Part shown: positions 10,194-21,062 of the stretch, piece after piece
Position numbering within the stretch: position 1 is the stretch's first letter
Layout: every line of letters begins with the position of its first letter
From: Vannella sp.
Taxonomy: Eukaryota
Reading direction: 5' to 3'
Assembly (NCBI GenBank): GCA_023345925.1
Contig: JAJQQN010000735.1
Span: forward strand, 1 to 32,694
DNA length: 32,694 nt
Notes under the pieces: model-generated
What the model was told of the DNA's origin: nothing
Database searches by the model: none
The model's input: the letters and a program-made list of their open reading frames with translations, nothing else
Position numbers and translations under genes: made by a program

Positions 10194-13100
10194 CTAGAAG
10201 CCAGTGAGGCCGACCACATTCTGAATGAAGATCTGCGTTATCACGTGTTCCATGTTGCGTCGCGTTTCCGCTGTCTTGAGGAACTTGTGGTCGAGGAGTT
10301 CGGCAACGGTTGGGCGCTTCTGGACGTCATGAGTGAGCATGGATTGGATAAAGTCGACCGTATCAGGAGCGAAAGTGTTGCAGGAAAAGGGATTTGGTCT
10401 GCCTTCGGATGCTGTCTTAAACATGGACTGAATCAAGAGTTAGATTGGAGAACAAAGGGCTGAGCAGTGCTTACGCGGAAGGATCCACCCATATCGTAGC
10501 CTTTGTGATCTAATAGTTGGAGGAGTGTCACTCCTAAGCTCCACACGTCTACCTTTTGGGTATAAGGCGCCTTTAAGATAATCTCTGGAGGCATCCAGTG
10601 AGGCGAGCCAACCATTCGAGGGTTGCGAATCACTCGGTGCTCTTCTTCACAAAGGCCAAAGTCAACTAGCAGGGAATGAGACTCTCCACGAAAAATAGGA
10701 GAAAATGGCTTACTTAGTTTGACTACACCGTTTACGGTGAGCATGATATTGCCTGGTTTGAGGTCGCGATGAACTAGGCCAAGCTTGTGAATATACTTGA
10801 GTGCCTGGAGAGTCTCCTTAGCAATGTAGGCAACCTGGGGCTCTGAAAATGTATACGAAGAACTTGCTTCCTTCAAGGAGCCGCCTTCCATGTATTCCAT
10901 CACCAACTGCACTTGCCTGAGTCTCTCAAAAGTCTGTTATCCTTATGGTCTTACCCAAATCTCATCTTTGAAGGAATAAGCCCGCTTGTACGCCACAATA
11001 TTGCGATGGTCACAACTGGATAGGAATTCAATCTCTCGTAGGTTTGATAACTTCTCCTTGTTGCTGGTATGAGGCATCCGCTTCAGCGCAACTTTCTATG
11101 GCCAATTTTAAGAGGTGAATGCAGTACACTGAAACAAACTCACGTTGTACTTTGGGTTCTCTGCTTGGGAATCCTTCGCCAAATACACTTGCCCGAATCC
11201 ACTTTGGAATGTCAAACCAAGAAGATCTCTCAGTGGAGAGACAACTTACCCTTTTCCGGTTTTTTCAATAATCTTCAGAATGATCTTTGGGTTCCCATCA
11301 AGCAGATGCTTCTCTGTATTGGGTGAGCACAGCTGTATGAGTAGGAAAGAGGGCAGTAACTCACTTGAGATTTCCTCAATGAAATTGGGCGCTGAGGGGG
11401 GCATTAGTGTTAGAGTACGAGGAGCATTATTTCCGACTACAGCAATGTACGCCTCTGCTAACGGGGATAAAGGAGCTTCATGAGCTTCTTGCGAAAGGGG
11501 CTGCTCTTCATCATTCTCTAAATCTTCTTCTTCCTCTCCTTCCTTTGCTTCTGAGCTTTGCTCATAAGTTGGCTCCTCAGGAAACTCTGCAATGATATGC
11601 TCGTAATCTGTGCCTTTTGCAAGAACCTGGACAGCCTTAAAGCTGGTAAACGTCCGAGTAAACTCTGTGCTCTTGTGCTGGATAACGAGTCTTTGGGCCT
11701 CTTCTGGATCAGTTGGCGCCTGCACTTGGATGAGAAACCCGTTTGTGAGAGTTGGGAGGTCTCTGGGACTTACAGGGAGATTAATGATGCGAGCTTTGGC
11801 TACAAAGCGGTAAACCTGCGTACTAACGAACCAGTTGGCATTGATTTCCTCCGCAGTCACCCGATTTTTCAAGGCAATGCGCTGAAGGTCCTTGTCAAGC
11901 TCTTCAAAGCAAGTGGCAAACACCGGCGGCCCTTCACGAGACGGTACTGGTCTTGCCTCTTTCTTAATAGGTTGGATATTTGTTTCTGACTTGTTACTGG
12001 CCATCATCGCCTTCCTCCGAGAGAGCAATCCACTCAAACGCGACCCCCTTCCAATCGTTCCTCCCGACTTTTTGGAACGCGGAGAGATCTCCAATGACTC
12101 CACATCGTCATTGGACACACTCAGACTCATTCTTGAGACTGGCTTCTCCACGAACCGAATGCGAGCCTTCTCAATGACAAAAGAAGCTTTCCGCTTGCTC
12201 CCGCAAGCGCAACCTCGCCAGCTCTTCCAATTCCACTCGCCCAGCGGCTCAGAGCAGCCATAGCAGACGATTTTGCCTTTCGTATCTGCAAGCTTCTTAC
12301 TCATCCAGCGGAGAGGCTCCACAGAGAAGAAGGTACACGAGGACTCCTGCTTTGTGTGTCAGCAACGCTGTTTGCTGTCCGGAGAGCCATTACGAACCAT
12401 ATATATGGGAGCAGAACCATGTGCGATGATGTTCTCTTCTCCAAACAGCTTCTTTCCACACCCAGAGCACACGTAACCCCAAGACCCGATGCCCGGAGAG
12501 GGCAGGGAAGTCAGTTGAAGGTTGTTCCCTGCAAAGATCATGAGTACGATGATGTTGAATGAGATATAACCTACGGATCCATTGCTCCGAAAGGGCAGCG
12601 AGGCTTGCCTCTGCTGAGATTCGGGCGTTCGCGATATCACTGCCAGAAGAGGCGCGCCCAACCGGTGACTGGAAGCGTATCGCCTTCTTTGAGGTCTGGG
12701 CCATCAGTGCCAGCATAAGATCCTCCGGGCCGACGTTGTGAGAGGCTTGGTACGCAGCCCAACTCGAGCTTTTGATGTCTATCGTCGCTCCCATGCTGTC
12801 CCAAAGATTCAGAACCTCTCGATGATCATCAGTGAGTGCCAGGTCAGTGTGTGAGGATAGGGCAGAGAGCGCATCAGCGAGAGCCAAGCCTTGGCTGAGG
12901 GTGGTCATGGCGTACGATACAACGATGGTCTGCGCCAGGGAAGGGTCCGGACAGAGGATCCAAGTACCACCAGCTTGAATACCAATGCTTATCGTCTCGT
13001 GAAAGACAGGCAGCTTCACCAGAAGAGCCGGCTGTACGACGGGAGCGCGGGTCACCCGAAAGGAAAGGTCCAACGCCTTCAATTCTGCGCCATCGTGGAG

Positions 13101-13217
13101 TAGGAGTACGTGAGAGACAAGGGCTCCTTTAGCTTTTGATACCAAAGAGAGCGCTTCCTTCACAGAGCAAGTAAAGAACAGCTGCGGGATGACACCCGGC
13201 TTGAACGCCTCTCCCAT
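10194..13217 (-). CDS. Fusion protein: YVH1/DUSP12-like pseudophosphatase + YVH1 zinc-binding domain + MKC/STE20-family Ser/Thr kinase (multi-exon)
   Basis: Short GT-AG introns join ORFs 12390-13217, 12359-12661, 11246-12322, 10433-10912 and 10194-10436 in frame. Zn domain YVCSGCGKKLF...H...CTFFSVEPLRWM...GKIVCYGCSEPLGEWNW...CACG. Kinase motifs GKGGFG, VALKRMPH, HRDLKPGN, DFG, GSPHWMPPE. Confidence 0.8.
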
Positions 13218-13324
13218 TCAAATGGCAATTTTTATTAAATACAGAATTCATCACTTTCACGTCCTTACCCGTCCTTCATCAAATTCATGCCGTCAGGAAC
13301 CCTTTTTTTTCTGGCCGCTTGGCA

Positions 13325-13952
13325 ATGATGCCAAAGAGGACCATTTGCCTCCCAACCGAGCTGGTGGGGCAAACGGTGGATTGGATTGCTTCCTAATGGC
13401 TTGTAGGGAAGTGCACAAGCGAAGCGCGCAAGATTGGAGGGAGACAGGGAAGAAAGGCCGAAGAAGATTCAAAAGAAAGAGACTGAAACGGAGCTCTATT
13501 GGATGGGGGTTGCCTCTAGTGATCATGTTGATGAAGGGGTGATAGGGGGATTCTGTCAGCTTTGCCATGGGAGAGTCAATCCCCTCAAGCGCATGAAACC
13601 TGGCGACTGGCTGATTTACTATTCTCCCCGTACAGGAATGAAAGGAGGCGATGCTGTCAGAAGCTTTACTGCTATTGGACAGATTCAAGACGGAGAGCCG
13701 TATCCGTTTGACATGGGAAACGGCTTCATCCCCCTCCGAAGAGACATTCTCTTCTCCAAAGCCCACAGGATTCCCATTTCCCCCTTGATCTCCTCACTCT
13801 CTTTCATCAAGAATAAGCAATCTTGGGGACTCACCTTCCGCAGCGGCTTCTTCCAGATTCCAAAATCCGACTTTGACCAAATAGCAATCCAAATGCTTAA
13901 AACTAGCGCAGACTCGATTCCCGCGGTGCAGGACCTTCAGAATAAGGAATGA
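13325..13952 (+). CDS. EVE-domain (UPF0310-type, PUA-like) protein with basic N-terminal extension; probable intron 13364-13406
   Basis: YWMGVASSDHV...GGFCQLCHG...LKRMKPGDWLIYYSP...FTAIG...LSFIKNKQSWG...FRSGFFQI matches the prokaryotic EVE/UPF0310 pattern. Upstream ATG exon splices in frame. Confidence 0.85.
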
Positions 13953-14228
13953 GTGTCAATTAAGCGTGTAAAGATCCTCCACTTCTTCATATCTGGCCAT
14001 CCTACACTCCTTAAGATGGCTAGAGGACATTTTAGGGTTTCGGTACATGCTTGTTCAGCACCCTACACCGCCTTCCTGCTTGAACGGGACGATGGTTTCT
14101 GGACTAATGGAGAGAAGTGTGCTCTCTTCGGTGGCTTGGCTGGTCTGCCAAGGAAGCAGGACTGTGAAGGTGTTTGGGTGTAACTTGGGAAGCCGATTGG
14201 GCTTGAAACACTGAAATGAAGTCCTGAG

Positions 14229-16565
14229 ATGAATGATGGGGGCTTAGATGAAGTAGAAACTCTTCATTTGATGCGAAGCTTTGATTGGGGGACGTTCGCG
14301 AAGCCTTTGGCAACTGGTCCTCTTTGTCAGGCTGAGTTTGAGAGACCAACAGAGCCAGCACAAAGGGAACTTACTGTGCGGTCCCTGTTCATTGTTATCT
14401 TCTTAAGGTGGGAAGATCTGGAGCTTCTGTTGCTTTGTTAACGAGGGGCAGTTGCGGGGTTGCTGCTTCCAACACTTATCTGGGCCTTTATGTGGGTTTG
14501 ACAGTGTCAGCATCAATACCGTCTTCTATTCTTGCGGCTTCTATCCTCCGATCGTTCGGAACAACCCCGCAAGAGATCAACGCGATCCAGGTTGGCTTCT
14601 CTTCACTTCAACTGCGCCCCTCTGACAGCCTACATGCAGTCAGGGACAAGTTCAGGAAGTCTTGTCTCCATAGGACTGGCATTTACTCTTCCTGCCCTCG
14701 TCCTGACCGGTTACTGGCAAACAATTGACCTTCTCCAGTCTACAGGCATTGCCCTGGTAGGGGGAGTCCTTGGCATCCTCTTCGCAGTCATTCTTCGGCG
14801 TGCCTTTATACTACAAGAGACTATGACTTACCCAGAAGGTACAGCGAGTGCAGAAATCATCAACACAATGATTCCCCCCGAAAGAGTGTTTGGGTCACCC
14901 GATTACACCCAACAGGAGCGGCAGAACCGGAAAGACTTGCTTCTGTTGTTATTTGGAGTGATAGTAGGTGCTATTACAAAGCTTGGATCTTCCACGTTCT
15001 ACTTGTGGAGTGCCACAGCAGGATGGGGCGTTTGGGTGATGCAGAGAATGTCACTTTATATCGGCCTCTCGATGAGTCCTGGCCTAGCCTCTGTCGGCTA
15101 TATCGTTGGTTATTCAGGAGGTTGGAACTGGTTAATAGGTTCGGTCCTGTCCTGGTTCCTATTCACACCAGCAGTGATGTATTGGGAAGATATCATCTAC
15201 CCAGCGGATGCTGACCCCATCAAGAGTGCCTTTTCTGTCTGGGGAGCTTATACTAGGTATATTGGAATAGGAGCGATGCTATTGGGGAGCATCGTCATCA
15301 TTCTGAAGCTGCTGAAGCCAATGATTTTGAGCTTCCGAAGCCGATTCAAGACTTATATCGAATATTGGGACTTTGGAATGCAGCATCTTCCATTGATAGA
15401 GCGAGATATGCCCCCTCTCATGTCTCTTTGCTTATTCCTTATGCTGGGAGCTCCCTTCACTTGGGTTGCATTCAATTTCACGCATGACTGGTACATTAGC
15501 CTGGTTGCTGGCTTGCTTGTCGTGTTCTTTGGTTTCTGCTTCTCTGCAGTGGGTGCGTTCATGGCCGGAGGAGGGTAAGGAAGTTCTCTAGTCCGTAGAG
15601 AAGCATACTGATAAGGAGTAGCTCTGCTTTAACACCAGTTCTGGGACTCACACTGTCAACAGTAATAGTCACATCTCTTATCATGGGACTGATAACTGGA
15701 TTCGACAATCCTCTTGGCCCAGCATCGGCACTATTGGTGGGAGCATTTGTGTGTTGCGCGGTTTGTGTGAGCGCCGAAGGAATGCAAGACCTGAAGGCAG
15801 GTTACATGCTGGGATCTACTCCTTGGAAGCAACAGATGATCCAAATAGCTGGGTTGTTATGTCCAGCTATTCTCATTCCCTTAGTCATGTCTCTGCTAAT
15901 TGATGCCTATGGCATTGGCCCTCCCTCCGCTGAAGTAAGTCACTTTCTCATTGTTCCAACCCTGGATTGCTGACTTTCAATAGTTTCCCGATCCTCTTTT
16001 AGCCCCTCATGCTACACTCATATCTGATGTAGTCCATACTATCTTCTACGGTCGAACCCCGGCTGCCATGCTAGTGTTCGGTGCTACTTTGGGAGCGTTA
16101 ATCATCGCAATCGACATGGTACTGAAGCTTTCCAAGTCAGGTTGGCGTCTTAGTGTGTTGGGCATTGCTTTGGGCATCTACATTCCAATCGAGAATGTTC
16201 TGACCTTCTGGATTGGCTCTGTCTTTGCTTGGGCAGCTCACGAGATCATGGTTCGCCAGTATCCCGATAACAACGATTACGTTAAGAAGAATATGCGATT
16301 CGGGTTGATGTTTGCGGAGGGCATGATCACCGGAGAGTCCCTCATCGGTATCCTATCCGCCATTCCAGTCGTCATAACGCGCGACCGTTACTTTCTCTCC
16401 CTTTCTGGTGGGCCTGCAACCCTGTTCCTCCCCGGCATTCTACTCCTCTTCTTCTCCATCCTAGCAAACATGATTGTGGTCATCTATCCCGCACTCCTTT
16501 GTCGATACAAACGGGAAGAGGAAGAAGCCGCAACGCATTTCACCCAACTTATCCATTTTGGGTAA
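14229..16565 (+). CDS. OPT-family oligopeptide/metal-chelate transporter, copy 1 (4 introns)
   Basis: RELTVRS, NTYLGLYVGLTVSASIP, YPEGTA, MQDLKAGYMLGSTPWKQQ, LGIYIP, GMITGESL; many TM helices. Confidence 0.9.
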
Positions 16566-16636
16566 TCTTTTCCATCACCCCCTAAATCAATTCTCGGTGC
16601 TTCAATCGTTTAAATTGTCATTTTTTGAGTGGCGGG

Positions 16637-18874
16637 ATGAGAGCGGGGTGGGATCAGACGGTCTTCATGACGAAGGGAAAGTTCGCTCCTTTTGTCTCTT
16701 CAGAAGGGACAAGAGAGCTTACTTGGCGTGCTGTAGCATTGATTCTGTTGATGAGGTGTGTTTCCTTACTATGTGGTTGGTTTGGGAGCTGATAGGCGCT
16801 GCTCAGCTGCGCATTAGCGACATCGAACGCCTATCTTGGCTTGTACATTGGTCTGACAGTCTCCACATCCATCTCTTCAAGTGTAATAGCCGCATCTTTG
16901 CTTCGTCCCTTCGGTACGACTCCGCAGGAGATCAACCTGATCCAAGTGAGTGCATTTGAACCAATTAGATGAAAGGATGAACTCGAACAGTCCTTTAGAC
17001 CGGATCAAGCGCTGGTACACTGATCGCTACAGGTCTTATATTCACCCTACCAGCTTTAGTCATCCTTGGATACTGGGAAGACGTGCATTGGCTGGAATCC
17101 AGCCTGATAGCGTCCATTGGAGGGTTTCTTGGGGTTCTCATTGGCGTCCCTCTTCGAAGAGCCTTTGTGATTCTTGAGCCTTTAGAGTACCCCGAAGGAG
17201 TAGCTTGCGCAGACGTTATCAACGCAACGCTTCCGCCAGAATCTACTTTCGGGTCGGACGAGTATTTGGTTCAGCAGACTCGGAATCGCAAGTCCCTTCT
17301 GCTCCTGGGCATGGGCATTTTCGTGGGCATGTTCATGAAGCTAGGCTGCTCTTCTCTGTACCTGTGGAAGACGCAAGTGGACTGGGCTGTTTGGGTGGGA
17401 ACGAGTTTTTCTCTTTTCTTTGGATTGACAATCAGCCCGGCTATCGCTTCCATGGGTTATATTGTTGGATGGAGGAGTGCCTTAAATCTTTTGTTTGGAG
17501 CTGTACTGTGCTGGTGGGTCTTCACGCCTCTGGTTATGGCGTGGGAACACGAATACTCCTCCGACTCTGATGCGTTAGAGAGTGCCATTGGAACGTGGAG
17601 TGCCCATACCCGCTTTATAGGAATTGGAGCCTTGCTTTTGGGTTCTATTGTGGTCATCCTGACTCTCGCAGCCCCAATAATCCGTAGCTTTCGAGAGAGC
17701 ATTCGCACTTATCTTCGTTACCGAGAACAAGAGCTTCACACGAGGCCTCTGGTAGATCAAGACCTTCCTCTTTCGCTACGAGTGGTTTGTTTCCTTATAG
17801 CCCTTGTCCCTTTGCTCTTCGTGCTGCAGGAGCTTTCCCAAATGTGGTCAGCTTCTCTTCTTTCCGTCTTTTTTTCGGTCTTTTTCGGATGCGTGTTCTC
17901 CTTTGTTGTTGCCTGGATGGCTGGATCAGGGTAAGTTCCTTCTCATTGACCGGAAGCACACTAAGTGGCGCAGAATTGCCACAAATCCGATTCTTGGAGC
18001 CACTGTGACTTCAGTCATTGCCTCTTCCATTGTCTTCTTGCTTCTGCTGGGGCGCGATAGTGAATTGGGTTCTTTATTGGCTATCCTTGTTGGAGCTGTG
18101 ATATGTTGTATTGTGAGTGTCAGTGGAGAGAGTATGCAAGACTACAAGACTGGTCTCATCCTCGGGAACACTCCTTTCAAGCAGCAAATCGCACAACTCA
18201 TTGGCATCCTCCTGCCTTCTGTAACTCTTCCACTTGTGCTTTCATTGATCATTCAGGCATACGGAATTGGGAAGCCCAGTCCCGAGTTTCCTGTCCCTTT
18301 GATGGCCCCACAAGCCAACTTGATTGCGGATGTGTCTCGCGCTATATTCTTTGGGACAACACCCAAGTGGATGATCTGTTGGGGGTTGGCCATGGCAGTC
18401 GTCCTATTGTTGATCGATTTTGGCCTGAAAGTGATTGGCTCCAGCTTTCGCTTAAAGGTCCTCAGTGTTGCTTTAGGAATGTACCTTCCCTTTGAGAATT
18501 CTATAACCATGTCCATGGGCTCTTTGACAGGCGTCCTGACCTTTCAGTTCCTCCAATGGTACTATCCAAACAATATGCCTTACGTGAGGAAGAACGTACG
18601 CTTCGGAATGATGTTTGCAGCGGGGGTTATCTGTGGAGAATCAATAACCGGAATCCTGTTTGCTATTCCAGTAGCTGTCAGCCGGGATTTGTATGTTCTG
18701 TCCGTCAGCGGAGGCCCAGCTACCAATGCCCTTCTTGGCATGATACTCCTATTCTTAACCTTGGCGCTTCACTCCCTTGTGATTATCTATCCTGCTCTCT
18801 TCAGTCGATACCAGGACGAAGTCGTAGAAGAAGACGAACGCCCACTGGTCATGTTACCACGAGTCCACAACTAG
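16637..18874 (+). CDS. OPT-family transporter, copy 2 (tandem paralog, 3 introns)
   Basis: RELTWRA, YLGLYIGLTVSTSIS, YPEGVA, MQDYKTGLILGNTPFKQQ, APQA, LGMYLP, GVICGESI; collinear with copy 1. Confidence 0.9.
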
Positions 18875-19037
18875 ACCGGATAGAACCACTCAAAGAAACC
18901 GGTCTCCTGTCACTCGCACGGACATCAAATGTTGCTTCGGATGCGACAGAGGCTTTCTTTGGGAGGTCTAGCCCACTGGCCGAACACAAGATATAAATAA
19001 CGAAACGATAACACGATAAGTGCAGCTTGTTAGACTT

Positions 19038-20857
19038 CTATCGTCCTCGGAGTTGGCGTATCTGAGAGAGAAACTCCTTTTCCTTCAAATATGAGATTCC
19101 AACCGTCACTGCCAAGCAAAGTGTCCCCACGGCAATGTGAATGGCCACTGGAATGGGATGAAAGTCGTTCGAGTCGTAGATAGCACTCTCTGATAAGCCT
19201 GTCAACAGGAACGAAACAAGGAAGGCAGATAAAACAGCTCGATGTGGCAAAGCGGAACGGAAGGAAAGAAGTTTGGAAGCGTTTGAACGAGCAAAGTAGC
19301 TCCTCGCAAAGTGAATGGAATACGTTATACGTGCTGCCATATTCAGGCAGTTTGCTAGAACAAGGCCAGGAGTATCATAGAGGCGAACTAGAACGATGCA
19401 AGAACACACATAAACACTTGAGAAAGCGATCATCGCAATGTTGTGCCTCCGCAAGTCCGCAGGATTAGCAGCAGCGCTGAAGAATGCCTCTGTTACACCT
19501 ATTCCACAAGTTAGTATGATCCTTCGGAAAGGTAACGAGATAGAACGCACCATTGACGGCCATGAAACACACAAACACACAATAGACACTCAATACATTC
19601 GGGGCAGGAGAAGCTCTCCCATAGCTCTGCCCATACAATAGCTCCAGCAAACAAGTGGAATAATTGGTCCCAAAACAGAGGAAAACCAAACCCACCAGTA
19701 CCATCAGCTTCAGGACTGTGTTCAGGACTCGGGCACACAGTGTAAGATTACTCAGTCTCTCTGAATCATTTTGAGAAGACAAAAGCTTGCTAAAGAGGGC
19801 GAAGCAAACCTCCTCCACAGGCTGGAAGAGGAATCGAGCCACCAGAGAGCCCAAACTCGAGACCACGGAGAAAACACCTTGGTGGAGCAGTGTCCCCGTG
19901 AACTTGAGAACGAACTTCTCACTCTCCTCCAAAATCAGCTTTTCAAGAGCCTGCCAAGAGAAAGAGCCCACCAAAGGCACAACTGACCAAGGTACATTCC
20001 TCATTTGCCTCGGAAATGCCTGGCGGAGGGATGTGAATGGTAAATTCGTGGAACCTGTTCTTTTCTTCGTTTCTTGGTGGAAGTAGAAGATGAACCCGCC
20101 AAGTAACGCTACTGCAAAGGCCAACTGACCCCAGACAAATGACAATAGCCCCAAGTCCAGGAAGAATACGCCCCCGAATACGATTAGGCATCGAGTAATC
20201 ATCGCAAATCCTTCAATACGGACTCGCTGGCGTATCAGGAAGAGCATTTGCATCTGAATCCAGAAAGGTTCTGCCATTAACTCAAGAGTGGCAGCGCCAC
20301 AGGACATCCAGATGAACGTAGCATAGTCTGGCACGTTCTTCTCTTCCTCTGACCTTGCCCAGAGGAAGAACAGCGCCGTCCCGAAGGAAATAAGAGCACC
20401 GAGAGGGACAATGCACCAAATCAGGTTGATAAGTTGCTGGGCGCTTGGCTGCCCCTTCTGTGGCCTAGCTGTAAGGATGAGAAGACAGAAAGTACTAGAT
20501 TGGCAATCGTACAGGCCTTCTTTCGAGGGATGCAAGCTGTAGCGGGTAACTGCCCGGCGGAATCCCTCGCGGGAGAGAAGAAGAGCGATGTTGAGGAACA
20601 ACTGGAGGTGGAAGTTGCCTATCCCAAATAGCTCTGGTGCCACGCGTCGCACGATGAACAGGTTGAGAAGGAAGGTGGAGATTCGGCTCACAAACTGGAA
20701 CCCTTTGCAGTATCTCCCCCATTAGCTCTCTCTATGGCTCCCTAGAGTATCCCTTCTCACCAATGAGATATCCCACACTGTTTGCTGCCGCTGATAATAC
20801 GCCTGCTTGCTCGCTCCGCCCAATCCCCTCGGATGGAGGCTGGGCGCTCCTCCCCAT
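19038..20857 (-). CDS. RFT1: RFT1, Man5GlcNAc2-PP-dolichol translocation protein (about 3 introns)
   Basis: SRISTFLLN, LSREGFRRA, ELMAEP, KLILEESEK, GSLVARFLFQPVEE, MAVNGVTEAF, GLVLANCLNMAARI. Confidence 0.92.
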
Positions 20858-21062
20858 CCCTCCTGCGTCCTCCGAAATGATTTGCTAGGCCAGCTACGAG
20901 CATCAATGAGCTTACTAAAGTAGCTACTTTCTCGTAGGTGAGTTTGGAGTCGTTCTGGGGGAGATGGGCTCCAACGGGTTTTGGCGGGAAAGTAGATGGA
21001 GCTCTCTTGGGCGCGGAAAGCAGCTTTGACGTTGATACTTCAACAGCCTTCTGTTGAGAGTG

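Noticed and set aside
12359..12361. In-frame TGA within the YVH1 zinc domain as possible selenocysteine or readthrough
   Set aside because: It lies inside a normal short intron (GTTCGT...CTGACACACAAAG) whose removal restores the frame.
13992..14032. Hairpin TCTGGCCATC...GATGGCTAGA followed by ACA, a possible H/ACA RNA or SECIS
   Set aside because: Single stem with no bipartite pseudouridylation pocket, H box or SECIS core; may be chance or 3' UTR structure.
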